From Amphiscolops sp. MND2022 (lineage: Eukaryota): DNA of 64,000 nucleotides. How positions within the stretch are numbered: position 1 is the stretch's first letter; the number at the start of each line of letters is the position of its first letter. Of the stretch, positions 1-11,391 are shown piece after piece. The notes beneath the pieces are model-generated. The model was not told the DNA's origin, searched no databases, and saw only the letters and a list, made by a program, of their open reading frames with translations. Position numbers and translations under genes: made by a program. Location of the stretch: NCBI GenBank assembly GCA_964187785.1, contig OZ076409.1, forward strand, positions 49,044,001 through 49,108,000, given 5' to 3'.

Positions 1-120
1 ACAAAATGAAAAATGTTTAATCTAGGTTCTTTTTGAGTTTTTTTACTAACAACTCCAATAGTCTTCTAGACTATTGTTCATGAACCGAGAGGTCAAGGAA
101 AACGGATGAACCCTTTAACA
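1..120 (-). mobile_element. Partial LTR (window-truncated) of the same Gypsy family as 30748-37357
   Basis: Aligns by eye to LTRs 30748-30965 and 37141-37357 (tagtcttctagacta.tgttcatgaaccga...ggtcaagg...aaca). Ends in AACA at 120. Confidence 0.75.
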
Positions 121-197
121 GTGGATACTTGAAATTTTATGCAGAGATTTAACAGACAAATTGGCAGAAAAACCTACGTTGTCGCAAAGACAACTTT

Positions 198-325
198 TTG
201 TGCTGTATATGAAATTCGTTCGTGAACGAGCAGCTTCATGTGCCTGCAAGCTATAATAGCTTGTGCTGTATATGAAATTCGTTCGTGAACGAGCAGCTTC
301 ATGTGCCTGCAAGCTATAATAGCTT
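198..325. repeat. Perfect 63-bp tandem duplication (2 copies)
   Basis: ttgtgctgtatatgaaattcgttcgtgaacgagcagcttcatgtgcctgcaagctataatagc occurs at 198 and 261. Confidence 0.95.
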
Positions 326-629
326 CCAAATCCCCGTCGGAGAGATATCAGAGTGTTCATAACTGATCAGGGTGTTGTAATCTTGCAGAGCGGATTTTAC
401 CCCATAACGATATGAATGATCACTCGATATCTCAAACACGTTTTTCAACAAACATGTTGTTAGTTGGCGCTTTTCTTTTAAGGAAATGATCCCGACTATT
501 ACAGTCACCAGTTTTGTTCTCAGTCTCACTCTGAATGGTCCACTTTTTGTGCACTGGCACTGTGGCACTGTGCCTTTTTACCATAAGTACTTAGTACTTG
601 ATTTTGAACGCATCCAAAGCCTCTTGCAA

Positions 630-935
630 AATCATTCCAAAGCAGAAGGGTTCCCCTTTCCACTTTTTTCGGCTCTATGAGAGTTTCCCTGCTTTTTTAA
701 GCTTTGCAAGACATTTTCCTCGAACCTCGAAAATGTTTGCCTCCAAAAGGTCTCTGAAGTGTCCCTCTTCAATTTTTTGGTATTTTGCTACAGAACGGAT
801 GTTAAAAAATCCAAAAAGATTTTTTTATAATCTTTGGAACTATGAAAGTGTTCGAAATTCTCACTTTTCTCTGATATCAGGTATCCTCAATTTATATCCA
901 CCAATAATTATTTTCAATACTATCCGGATTTTCGA
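630..935 (+). mobile_element. Internal fragment of the HINE-like repeat family
   Basis: Colinear similarity to 26210-26470 (aagggt.cccc.ttc aattttt..., ...ctgatat.agg..., ...tcaa.ac.atccg.attt). Confidence 0.55.
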
Positions 936-1401
936 GGTGGAGGTTCAAAAATGGAGCTACATGAAAATATGTACAATGTAATTTTGTCGCATGGGAGTTT
1001 CGGCAAGAGTTTCAGAAACTCATAGCGAAAATTGTTGAAGAACATCTGGAAAATTCTAGCATCATTTACAAATCCTTGCAAGGCAGAATGTGGAAAACCA
1101 CTTGCTTTTTAACTGTTCTACTTCGATTTACAGACAAGCATTGTCTAGTTCTCAGATCTGGACATTCTGTTTTTGAATTTTCGTTTTGTTTTGTCAAGGA
1201 AATGAGACTGAAGGGAGCTCAATTTTTTCTCAAGATATCTTGTTTTGAGTGTACAAAAAATATTGCAGAACAACTGTGCCTCCTATTATTTTTCATTTCC
1301 TTATGAAACTAAAAATTTTAGTTTTTGCCTCGGAAAGTTTTTCTTTCCCCTTAATTTCTGCTATAACGTCTAAACCTTCACTTTCACTCAATTTGAACAC
1401 T

Positions 1402-1485
1402 GCCCCTTGGCCAAGGTATTAAATCAAATTTCCGTACAAGGTGAATGTGTTTCTCTGGGTGTGTGGGTTCGAGTCCTGTGCTGAA
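1402..1485 (+). other. Degenerate tRNA-derived segment within a repeat (not an intact tRNA)
   Basis: A-box-like TGGCCAAGG and B-box GGTTCGAGTCC (1466-1476), but no acceptor stem. The upstream 1290-1340 matches 41490-41550 in reverse, where a similar tRNA-like segment lies at 41420-41475. Confidence 0.45.
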
Positions 1486-1765
1486 AGAAAAACTTTTATG
1501 CTCCCAAAATAAATGAAATACCAATAAATGAAAGTTTTTCAAAGGTAACGCTTTCGGTACAAAATAGTGCCAAAAAACTCTGAGGTGGCCTCTATGCTCT
1601 CAAAACGCTTTCTCCTTAAGGGCTTCGGTTTTTAAAGGGGGCTTCGGCTTTTGAAAAATCAGAATAAAAGTTGCTGAAGAAACCCCAGGGGGGGACTTTT
1701 GGTCTTTCCGCAAGCTTTCCCAGCAATTAAATGGTTGGTTCAGTGCAGGACTCGGACCCATGTAG

Positions 1766-2510
1766 TGTAACGTCCGGCAGTCGGCGTTGCTGAAGTTTTT
1801 GAAAATTTCGATCAAAAATTCGAAATGTGCGGCATCAAACAAGCACATTCAAGATGCCGACCCGGCAGGTACAAAAACCGAAGAGGAAGCGAAAAAAGAC
1901 AGAACGGAGCCAGACTCAGCCCGAGAGACAGACCTCGCTGTCCCTGACACCCGAAATAACCCAGAAGAGGCTAAAGAGAACAAAACCACGGGTTGTGTCA
2001 TACCCCCAAAGGATGTCCTGGAAGGCCCGAAGGAGATCGAGAACCCGACAGTGGTTTGCCCGAAGATTTTGGAAACTGCATGAAGATCAGCATGTTTTAT
2101 CATTTTCAGTGCATTTGTAGCTATTGCCCTTTAGTTCGCAGATTTATAATGGTTCAGGATCTACTGGATCCCTGTTTTGCCCATTTTAGATCTTATTCAC
2201 AGAATTGATGTACTTTAGCTAAACCTCTGTTTTTTGGACTCGGAGGTATGTGGGAAGTCGCAGGAACACATTAGGAACATAGGATTTGTTTTTACAGGCT
2301 TGTGGGGCGTGTCCGGACTTTGAGAATGCCGGCACGTCGCCTCGGAGCTCTAATTAGAGGAGTCTCCTTAGACGAAAGAAAAGTCCCCCTTGGAGACCAT
2401 TTTGGGATCAAAAACTAGTGTCTAGGGCTGTAGTAAGACAACGGTCTCCTGTTTAAGCACCCTAGGCATTGTCCCTCTTCCTAGATGTGCGCCGCTAGCC
2501 GGACGTTACA
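1766..2510 (+). repeat. 5' LTR (745 bp)
   Basis: Starts TGTAACGTCCGGC and ends GCCGGACGTTACA (13-bp perfect inverted termini). About 30 differences from the 3' LTR by manual comparison. Confidence 0.95.
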
Positions 2511-2526
2511 TCTGGAATAGTTTTTA

Positions 2527-2544
2527 TGGCGACCGCAGAGGGAT
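2527..2544 (+). promoter_or_regulatory. Primer-binding site, tRNA-Arg(UCG)-like
   Basis: TGGCGACCGCAGAGGGAT is the complement of a tRNA 3' end ATCCCTCTGCGGTCG-CCA, resembling metazoan tRNA-Arg(UCG) ends (..TCCCTTCGTGGTCG-CCA). It lies 16 nt after the LTR. Confidence 0.75.
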
Positions 2545-2979
2545 TTTTTTCCATTTCCACGTCCTGCGAGGAGCAACTCCTGCTTTCCAGGTCCAGGTCT
2601 AGGAAAGCATTTTGGAGAGTCCTAGAATTAATTCATTGCCTTAATCAAGCCTTTTAGGCTTTCTTCTAGCTGAATTCCTGCGTTTCCTGCATGTTTCCGA
2701 GGTCTGGAAAGGGAAATAACTAATTTTCGGCAAAGTACCGTTTTGACACCGTTTCGGCTTACCGAGATTAACCATCCGGCTTAACCGGATTCTGTTTTAA
2801 AGGGTTTTGTAGTCTCATTTTAGCTTAGTTGTATTGTATTGGGACTGCAGGGACGTGGTGTGAGCGCCTCCACTAGCTGTGACGACGGAGTGACGTCCTT
2901 CACGGCAACACCCTCTTGACCCACTGGTGGATCATTACGAATCGGCTGGGTTACAATCTCTTTTTTTGTTTTTGTGGCT

Positions 2980-3770
2980 TTAAGAGCCTATTCCCAGGCG
3001 TACTCCTATTAGTAAGAACTGAGAAAAATACCCACTGGGTATTCCGATTGTTTTCTGAAAAAATATAGCGAGCTAGCCATAACACCCTATTTAGCTCAAA
3101 TACCGATTTGGTTACTTTTAAAAGTCGAAATTTTTCAGAAGATAGTACGGCCAATGAGAATACAATAAAAACGTTCCATTAGACCTATCAGGTCAGGAAC
3201 CGAAAAATTTGTTTAGCTAAATTGTCAAAAACACCGGAAACTTTAGCGATTTTTGTTTGAAAACGTCAACTTTGAACTTTGAGACGAAAAATGGTGAGGG
3301 CGAAGCCCTGTTCGTTTTTCTCAGAGCATTGCGAGCCACCTTAAACTCTTTTTCCCGAGCCAGATATCAGAAAACGTTATCGTCAAGCAGTTTTGTGAGG
3401 CCCATCAACGAGATATTGAATAAGTTACCAGCCAATTTTATTGTTACATACAATAGCCGCCTATCGGTCATTATCATTTACAAAAACCAAAATTTTTCAG
3501 AAGAGGGTACGGCCAGTGGCAATACAATAAAAACGTTCCATTAGACCTGTTAGGTCGGGAACAGAAAAGTTTGTTTGGCTAAATTGTTGAAACATTGAAA
3601 AATTTAGCAATTTTTGTTGAAAAAACAAAAATCGCTAAATTTTGGTGGTTGAAAAAAAAATGGTGAGGGCGAAGCCTTGGGCATTTGCTCCCAAGCTTTT
3701 AGATCAACCCAAAAAAATTGTTCCCGAGCCTGGTAGTATGAAACACTACTGCCAAGACAATTTTTAGCAT
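2980..3770. repeat. Degenerate ~365-bp tandem repeat (~2.2 copies) in the LTR-element interior
   Basis: tttttcagaaga..gtacggcca.tg..aatacaataaaaacgttccattagacct...aaaatggtgagggcgaagcc occurs at ~3130-3310 and ~3492-3680. Confidence 0.85.
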
Positions 3771-6459
3771 CCCCCAATAAAAATTGAAACTTTAACCCTT
3801 GGTTTTCTTTGATATACATAGACCTGAGTGGACGACCCCATAGACCTGAGAGTTATAACATCAAAACTAACAATTGAAACAACCCCAAACCCCTGAATAG
3901 AGTTATTATACTTTATTAGGTTACGTTCAGAACAATCCCGAACATTTGGGAACCGAGAAATAAAAAGTTGCTAGGGAAAATACGTATTTTTCACATTGTT
4001 CCCAGAATGTAAAAGGTGTAACTTGAGAAAATTTTGAGAGACCTTATTTGGAACCTGCCAGGTTTCGCTTGCCTATTTTCTGTTAGCATGAAGTATAACG
4101 TTGCAAACGCAGAAAACCGCGAGTGATTCCAACCAGTGGTTGCTGAGAAATAGCCAAAAACGTGCTATTTTTGCGACATTTTTTGAATTCGGCAATCACG
4201 TATTTTTGACACGTCGGAATCTCTCCTAGCAGGAAAAGCCAAAAACAGATTGCACCATCGTGTAAAGCGCAAAACGTTATGCTAGTAGTCTGATTTTGAT
4301 GGCGCTACCATTAATACTCGTGGAAAAATCTTAGCCGCAGTTTTGCTCAAAAATCGTGTTAAAATGTCGAAAAAAAGGAAATATAGTTGAGCATAGTGCA
4401 ATACCTCGCAGGTATCCCAGCACTAAAATTCTTGCATTTTCGTACGAACGGGACGTTTTTGATCCCGACGATTTGTGCAATTTGAGCAGCCGGCTACTAG
4501 TCAAAGCTGAGAAATTGACATTTTTGTGAATTTTGACCCGAAAAAGTGGTACCTCTGGTACATCAAGGTTTTGTCACCTCGGATCGCCTAATGTTGATCC
4601 AGGCACTTTACCGCCAAATTTTTCTGTTACGTGGGCACACGGTACGCTCGCATGCGAAATTTCAGGTGGCTGGGACGCCTAGAAGGCGAGTTTGACCACT
4701 TTTTGTGAATTTCACACATAGTCAAATTGTCAGTGAACATTATTAAATGGCCGTGACACCCACAGGGTCAATTTTGGCGCAATCGGAGGTTTATTCCCCA
4801 TGATTCAGCCAGTGTATTAGACGGTGTCAAGTTTTCAGGTCGCTAGCAGCGCTAGAAAAGATTTTCACCTTTTGACCCCGGAGGTGCATGTTGACGAAAA
4901 AATTATTGATTTTGGGTATTTTTGCGAAAAATCACATAGTTTTCGTCAGTGTACGTGCCAATGAGGGCCAAGGCGAGCCCAGTAGTATACACGGCGCCCT
5001 CAGGACGTCTTGTTGAATTACTTTGATTAGTGCTAAGCTGACCCTAAGATCTCGGGTCTCTGAGAAAACCAGTCTACGAGACATGGAGGTGAAAAACCGA
5101 AAATGGGAATTCGCCTCCTGACTGCTATCAAAGTCACCGAAGTGCAATTTATCCATTGCTAATATGCATGCGCGATGCTTTTTGTACCCCGTGGGTGCTG
5201 GAGCACCTTTATAGGCACTTTTAGAGGTTTAGACTTTGAACGCAGTGCGTCTCAAAGCAGAACAACAAGTACACTAGTGACTACCATAGTTGAAAAACAA
5301 CGCTTTTTCTGATCGTACTACAATCGTAAGACAAGAAACCATTTCAAATTCAGTGTCTCTCTTCCTACTCATTCCCAAAGTCTACCCGTAGTCTCTAATC
5401 ACATTTTTGTTATTACTTGTGTTCTCCAGAAACATGGCAGCATGAATGACAAACGGACTTTTCAGACAATCTAACATCTGTAGCCAAATAGGCTTCTCAA
5501 AAAATCAGTGTTCGTTGCTCGATTCATGCCTAAGGTGTACCTTGGTTCTCTGTACCACAGTTGCGTGAACCATGTCGATGTGAAAACACCGGACAAGAGA
5601 TTGGCCCGGGGAGTACCCGTACTCTCCCGAGAGAAATTAACACCAAGCATGATGAAACACCTAGAGCTCCGAAGCTCTGAGAACTGCTTGGTCTGCGGCC
5701 GTGCTTTTAGAACTCGAATGATTGCTCTGGAACTTGTTTTTAATGCCGAAGACTGTTTTCATGATCTATCATGCCTGATTTTTGACTTTTATTGGTTCTG
5801 CTCTATCATCGCTAGTGACATTGTCTTCCCCTTGAAAAGCAGTTTATTTCCATCTCTTGCATATACACTGGTGCTTGTACTACCTAGACAATACTTATAT
5901 CTGAGCGTACACTGCTAACACAATAGACTGAATGGGTTCTCACTTTTGATGATATTTTTGATTTTTTGAGGCCTGTTTCACCATTGGTGCTAGTTATTGT
6001 GCAGTTTATGCTGGCCATGAACTTTGCAAGACCACAGCTGTTAGTTTCATTTTTCGCTTTTCAAGTGCTATGGTGCATTTTTTAAAACCTAACCCATCAG
6101 AGCACCTGTCAGTGCCAGAACTGTTGTGATGAGTGCGTTTTATGCAGATGCAATAAGGTGCTAGGAATTTTAAAATTTTGGTGCGAAATTAAAAGTTTGA
6201 AATTAATTTGAATATAAGGCTAAGTGTCTAAAGTTGCTAATATTTTTCCAGTGCAAGAACCCGTTGCTGGTGTGGAATCCAAGGAAGCCTGCTATGCTGG
6301 CAAAAACTCATGTTTTTGGGCAATAACGTGTTTTTGGGCAACGACTTACATTTAGATTCCTGATGTACCATGTTACAACAGTATCACTGGATCACTGAAT
6401 GGTGGCAACAAAGATGTGAACGTCCTCTCTCGTTAGTCGAGGACGACAAACTACAGCCC

Positions 6460-6467
6460 GGGGAGGG
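6460..6467 (+). promoter_or_regulatory. Polypurine tract
   Basis: GGGGAGGG directly abuts the TG of the 3' LTR. It is preceded by GTCGAGGACGAC, a pre-PPT motif of the kind seen in Gypsy elements. Confidence 0.8.
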
Positions 6468-6920
6468 TGTAACGTCCGGCAGTCGGCGTTGCTGAAGTTT
6501 TTGAAAATTTCGATCAAAAATTCGAAATGTGCGGCATCAAACAAGCACATTCAAGATGGCCAACCCGGCAGGTACAAAAACCGAAGAGGAAGCGAAAAAA
6601 CACAGAACGGAGCCAGACCCAGCCCGAGAGACAGACCTCGTTGTCCTTGACACCCGAAATAACCCAGAAGAGGCTAAAGAGAACAAAACCACGGGTTGTG
6701 TTATACCCCCAAAGGATGTCCTGGAAGGCCCGAAGGAGATCGAGAACCCTACGGTGGTCGAAGATTTGGGAAACTGCATGAAGATCAGCTTGTTTTATCA
6801 TTTTCAGTGCATTTGTAGCTATTGCCCTTTATTATGCAGATATATAATGGTTCAGGATCTACTAGATCCCTGTTTTGCTCATTTTAGATCTTATTCACAG
6901 AATTGATGTACTTTAGCTAA
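6468..6920 (+). repeat. 3' LTR, left part
   Basis: Near-identical to 1766-2222. Stops at ctttagcTAA where the DNA transposon is inserted. Confidence 0.95.
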
Positions 6921-8117
6921 CATTATAAGACACAACTTTCAAGAGCCTCAAAAATTTATTAACAATACTCAAATGCTTCATAAGAGAGATTTCACTGGCC
7001 CCTTATGTATTATTTTTTGTATTATCATTACCTATTTCAATGTTTTAAAATTTCGTTGAACTTAAGGATTTTTAATAATTGGTGAAAACGGAGGATTCTG
7101 TATACGTGTTATCAATAAAGGTTATACGATTCACAAGGATTGTTAAAATATAACCCCATTATAAGGATTCCTTACACTAGTATTAGGTATTTGATATACA
7201 ACTTCTGCGGAAAACATGTACACAAATGGTAATTATTATACACGAAAAGGATTTATTATACCTAAATAGGATTTCATATACTGATATCCAAGATTCATAA
7301 TAGAGACGCATGATGTTGTGATTTTGATGAAAGTGCCTTTGCAGTCGCTAGCAGCAATTCGCCGATTCCCAGTATTTTTAATAAAGTAATTTTGATACAC
7401 AATTAGAAATTTTTTAAATCACAAGTTATACACTTCGTCCTGTAAAATTGTTTAGGAATTCCGATGCCTCCTCTTGCTCATTGTATATTTCATTCTCTAC
7501 CAACTTAACATTTTTTCTCAGTAGTAGTTGAAATAATTCAACGAAAATAATCGATTCAAGAGCTATCTAATTCCTCGAATTTGTTTATTGGTAAAGGTAA
7601 ATGTTAAAATCGTCTAACGAATAACAAAGAAACTAGCATATACATCAAAAAAGAGAAACGAATAATTGAAAATGCACAAGTCATCAAGCTGCCAAGGAGG
7701 TTTTTGTGTTTTTCGAGATTAACTCGCGATAGTTTTCATTGTCCTCGTAGTTTCCTCTGTGTCCTTGAACTTGAATTTTGAGGGCTTCAAAAGCGAGACT
7801 GGTCTTTACTTTGAACCGCACGCCAAAGAGGACATGATTGAAAAACTTCTCAGCATCCGGCCTGGTTTCAAGGAGATCCCTTTTCTTACCGAGAATTTCA
7901 TCAAACACTTTGTTTCCATGCGATCCCCGCTCCTCGTTGATAGTGAATTTCTGCCAATTTTTGGCAATGGCATTGTTCAAATTCAAAATTCTTCAAGATT
8001 TCCCATTCCCGGGCATTTACAATACGGATTTCTTCAAGGTTTGCAGTTTATTGAATGCGATATCAGCACATTCGCCCAAATAAAAGGTTCAAATACAGAA
8101 TGGTTTAAGATTCGCAC

Positions 8118-10840
8118 TTTATTGAATAAGATATCAACAGAAGTTTGATTCAATAAATGTCATTGGCTGTGATAATACCAGAATAAAAATACACTGGATA
8201 CTATAATTCAAATCAGGAAATATAAGAATACTCACAAGTTGAATAAGGAAGAAAAAAAAGAAAACACTGTTTTCCTTCATATAAAATATCTAAAAAGTGA
8301 ACAAATATATGGAGGACAGTGTAAAACCGTATTATTAAAATAATGGACAAAACGAAATATTGTATAAAAACAAATATTGAGCATTAAAATTTGACTACTT
8401 AAAACGATATTCACTCCAACATTTCTGACTATACTGAGGTCTATCGATATCATTATTAAACTTCTCATTAAAAAACGTTTTCAACCTTTTCTTTGCTTTT
8501 TCATACGTCTGATTTCCCAATTTCAGTTTTTCAGGCAACGCGTTCCACAGAGGCACTACTCTCTTGAAAAGGCTGTTTTTCAGCTGCTCACTATTGGCAA
8601 AATGATGATATGTTAAATTTAATAATCTTTCATGTGTTTTCAGATTTGCAGTGGCGATCTGAAGCCGCGAAAAAGCGGGCGAAAGATTGTATTTCCATTT
8701 CCAGAAAAATAAAACAGCTTTCAAGTCCAGCAGATGACGAACCGATAAAATTCGATAGTGTAACCTAAGATCGTGTGCTGAATTCATTTTATATCTATTA
8801 AAGCATGCTTTGATTCCCCAATTTAGTTGTTTTTCCAGGGTCGAAATGAGGCTTCGAGAAATGCCATTCAAGAGTATAGAAGAGTAATGTAAGTGGCTGA
8901 TGACAAGGGCATTCAGTAACAGTATTCTGGTTTTCGTTGGTAAAAAATCACGAACACAGTAAATTGTTTTGATACCGCAGGGCATTTTCCGTAGAATGTT
9001 TTTCACTTCGTTCTGATAGTTGAGGTTCTGATCCAATTGCACACCAAGATATTTTACACACTCTTTTTGTTTGATTAAATGATTTTGAACTTGTAACTCG
9101 ACATTTTTTATCGAAGCATTTTTCGATGGTTTACAGAAAACAATAAACTCTGTTTTATCGGCGTTTATGTTGAGTCGATGTGATACGAAGTAATCAATTA
9201 GTTTTTCTAAAATTCTTTCAAGATTGGAAATTCCAGTATTGATACAATTTGCCGCAACAAAGACAAACGTGTCATCAGCGTACTGCACCAAATTTGAACT
9301 TTCTGGCATTATGTTCTGCATACTATTGACATAAAGATTGAATAGCAACGGGCCGAGAACAGTACCTTGTGGGACGCCTTGATATAAATTGATCCAGTCC
9401 GATTTGGATGTGGACAAAACTACTCTTTGAGTCCGTCCAGTGAGAAAACTTTGTATCAATGAAATTGCGTTTGGATCAAAATGAAGAATTTCCAGCTTTT
9501 TGAGAAGTATTTCATGTGAAATAGAGTCGAAGGCTTTTGACAGATCCAAAAAAGCAGCAGCAACAAAGTGATTGTTATCAATTTCCTTTCTTATTTTTTC
9601 AGTTGTGAAAACCAGTGCATCCGTCGTGGATATATTTTTCCTGAAACCAAACTGTACCGGGGAAAAAAGTTTGTTATTATCAATATAGTTGGTAATTTGT
9701 TCACGAATGACTTTTTCGAAAACCTTGGATCAAGCAGCTGTAATAGAAATAGGTCTATAGTTGTTTGGATCTTCAGTGTCACCCTTTTTGAAAATCGGGC
9801 AAACATGCGCTTGTTTAAGATCACTTGGAAACTTACCTTCATTCAAAAATGCGTTTATGAGAAAGCAGAGAGGCTCAGCTATCACACTTATGGGATCTTT
9901 CAGAGCCCAGGCCGGGATATTGGACGGACCCAAAGGTTTATTTATGTTAAGTTCTTTAACAAATTTTTTGCAAGTAAATAGGGTAATGGGTTGAAAATTG
10001 AATGTCACGTTCGCTTTGACTCTTGTTTCAATTTCATCATCAAACGTTTTTTGTTTCGATCCGATGTAGTCACCGAGTTTTGAGAAGCGGTAGTTGAGTA
10101 AATTTACAATCTTCTTTTGGTCAGTTATGATATCCCCAAATGAATTTTTCAAAGATACTATTTCTGTTTTGCATCTTCTGGAACTTCGAGCTTCATTTAT
10201 GAAGTTCCATTTTTGGCGATCTGACTGGAGTTGTTTGAAAATGTTAGTTTTGTGACTGAGGCGGTTTTCATTCAGTTTCTCACAAAAATTTTGTTGAAAT
10301 AAACTATAAGAAATGTCATCAGGATGCATGAATTCTTTCATTTTTGCAAACATTTTTTTAGTTTCGTTTTCGATCCAAGAATTTTGAATAGTGATTGAGC
10401 TTTTATCATTGCGTATAAATACTTTTCTTTTCGTAACACACTTTTAAAGAGATCTTTCAAAGAAGTTACTGAATACTGAGAACATATCCTCGGCGCTATT
10501 TTGGCGGTAGAACCTGCTCCAGTCGCTCGATTCCAGATCCCGACAGAAAAGATCTTTCCTGTAATTCTTCTTATCGAAAATTTCTTTAACTATAACTTTT
10601 TTATTTGTGTTTATTTGAAAGTCACTAATAATCGAGGTTACTCGATGATCAATGGGTTTGTTTTTTAATGTACGAAAAGGAGTATCCGACACATGGGTTT
10701 CAAACGTTTCAGCTTTCAGATGATCCGTAATAATGTAGTCAATCAAAGTTTTCGATGACCCGACGACTCTGGTGGGAAGCTCTTTGTTGAAGGGAAGCTC
10801 TTTGTTAAAAGGAAGCATATTTTCAAAAAGTTTCAAGCGT
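8118..10840 (-). mobile_element. 5'-truncated CR1-group LINE (L2/Crack/Daphne-like)
   Basis: ORF2 plus an AT-rich 3' UTR. The probable 3' end is a stem-loop (ttattgaat..attcaataa) ending in AATAAA near 8118. The 3' boundary is approximate and no TSD was seen. Confidence 0.85.
8395..10836 (-). pseudogene. LINE ORF2: APE endonuclease C-terminus plus reverse transcriptase, single frame with two in-frame stops
   Basis: Motifs PTRV..KTLIDYI and IDHR (APE); PIFKKGD..DPNNYRPIS, QFGFR, LDLSKAFD, GVPQGTVLGPLLF, YADDT, KYLGV. ORFs 10444-10836, 9730-10353 and 8395-9549 share one frame, with stops at 10444 and 9730. Confidence 0.95.
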
Positions 10841-11104
10841 ATTAGGATTTATAATACAAAGTATCAAGATTACTTGTTTTTAGTATTAGGAATATTTATA
10901 ATGTGGGGGGAAACATGTTGAGGTATTTGCATACGGTTTATAAGGAATCTGAAAATTATTGAATCTAAGGAAACTTGATACACTTGTAATGTATTAACAA
11001 CTGAAAAATGTATCAGTAATATTTATACTTCATTGCATATTGGCTTATAAGGAAAACTTATGCATTTTAGACACGCACTCTGAAAATTGTGTCTTGTAAT
11101 GTAA

Positions 11105-11391
11105 ACCTCTGTTTTTTGGACTCGGAGGTATGTGGGAAGTCGCAAGAACACATTAGGAACCTAGGATTCGTTTTTACAGGCTGGTGGGCGTGTCCGGACT
11201 TTGAGAATGCCGGCGCGTCGCCTCGGGGCTCTATTTAGAGGAGTCTCCTTAGACGAAAGAAAAGTCCCCCTTGGAGACCATTTTGGGATCAAAAACTAGT
11301 GTCTAGGGCTGTAGTAAGACAACGGTCTCCTGTTTAAGCACCCTAGGCATTGTCCCTCTTCCTAGATATGCGCAGCTAGCCGGGCGTTACA
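11105..11391 (+). repeat. 3' LTR, right part
   Basis: Near-identical to 2223-2510. Ends GCCGGGCGTTACA. Confidence 0.95.

Larger units (their letters stand above)
6921..11101. mobile_element. Non-autonomous TIR DNA transposon, CACTA/CMC-like, 3-bp TAA target duplication
   Basis: Left end CATTATAAGACACAACTTTCAAGAG; right end reverse complement CATTACAAGACACAATTTTCAGAG. The empty site ctttagcTAAacctct is visible in the 5' LTR. AAGGATT/TAAGGA subterminal repeats occur at both ends. Confidence 0.85.
1766..11391 (+). mobile_element. Non-autonomous LTR retrotransposon (LARD-like; no gag/pol), 3' LTR interrupted
   Basis: Direct repeats at 1766-2510 and 6468-6920 + 11105-11391, with TG..CA ends, PBS and PPT. 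The ~3.96-kb internal region has no recognisable gag, protease, RT or integrase. Flanks read TAG|element|TAG. Confidence 0.92.

Noticed and set aside
1402..1485. tRNA gene (also 41420-41475, 57215-57279, 58815-58850)
   Set aside because: Only A/B-box remnants; no complete cloverleaf can be drawn.
5508..5918. 136-aa ORF with CLVCG in the LTR-element interior
   Set aside because: GTG start, no recognisable domain and no second copy to test conservation; cannot be called coding.
7684..8148. Overlapping 100-129-aa ORFs inside the TIR element
   Set aside because: No transposase motif that I can recognise; may be a decayed internal gene but this is unsupported.
9568..9994. Plus-strand ORFs of 77-137 aa
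   Set aside because: Antisense to LINE ORF2.
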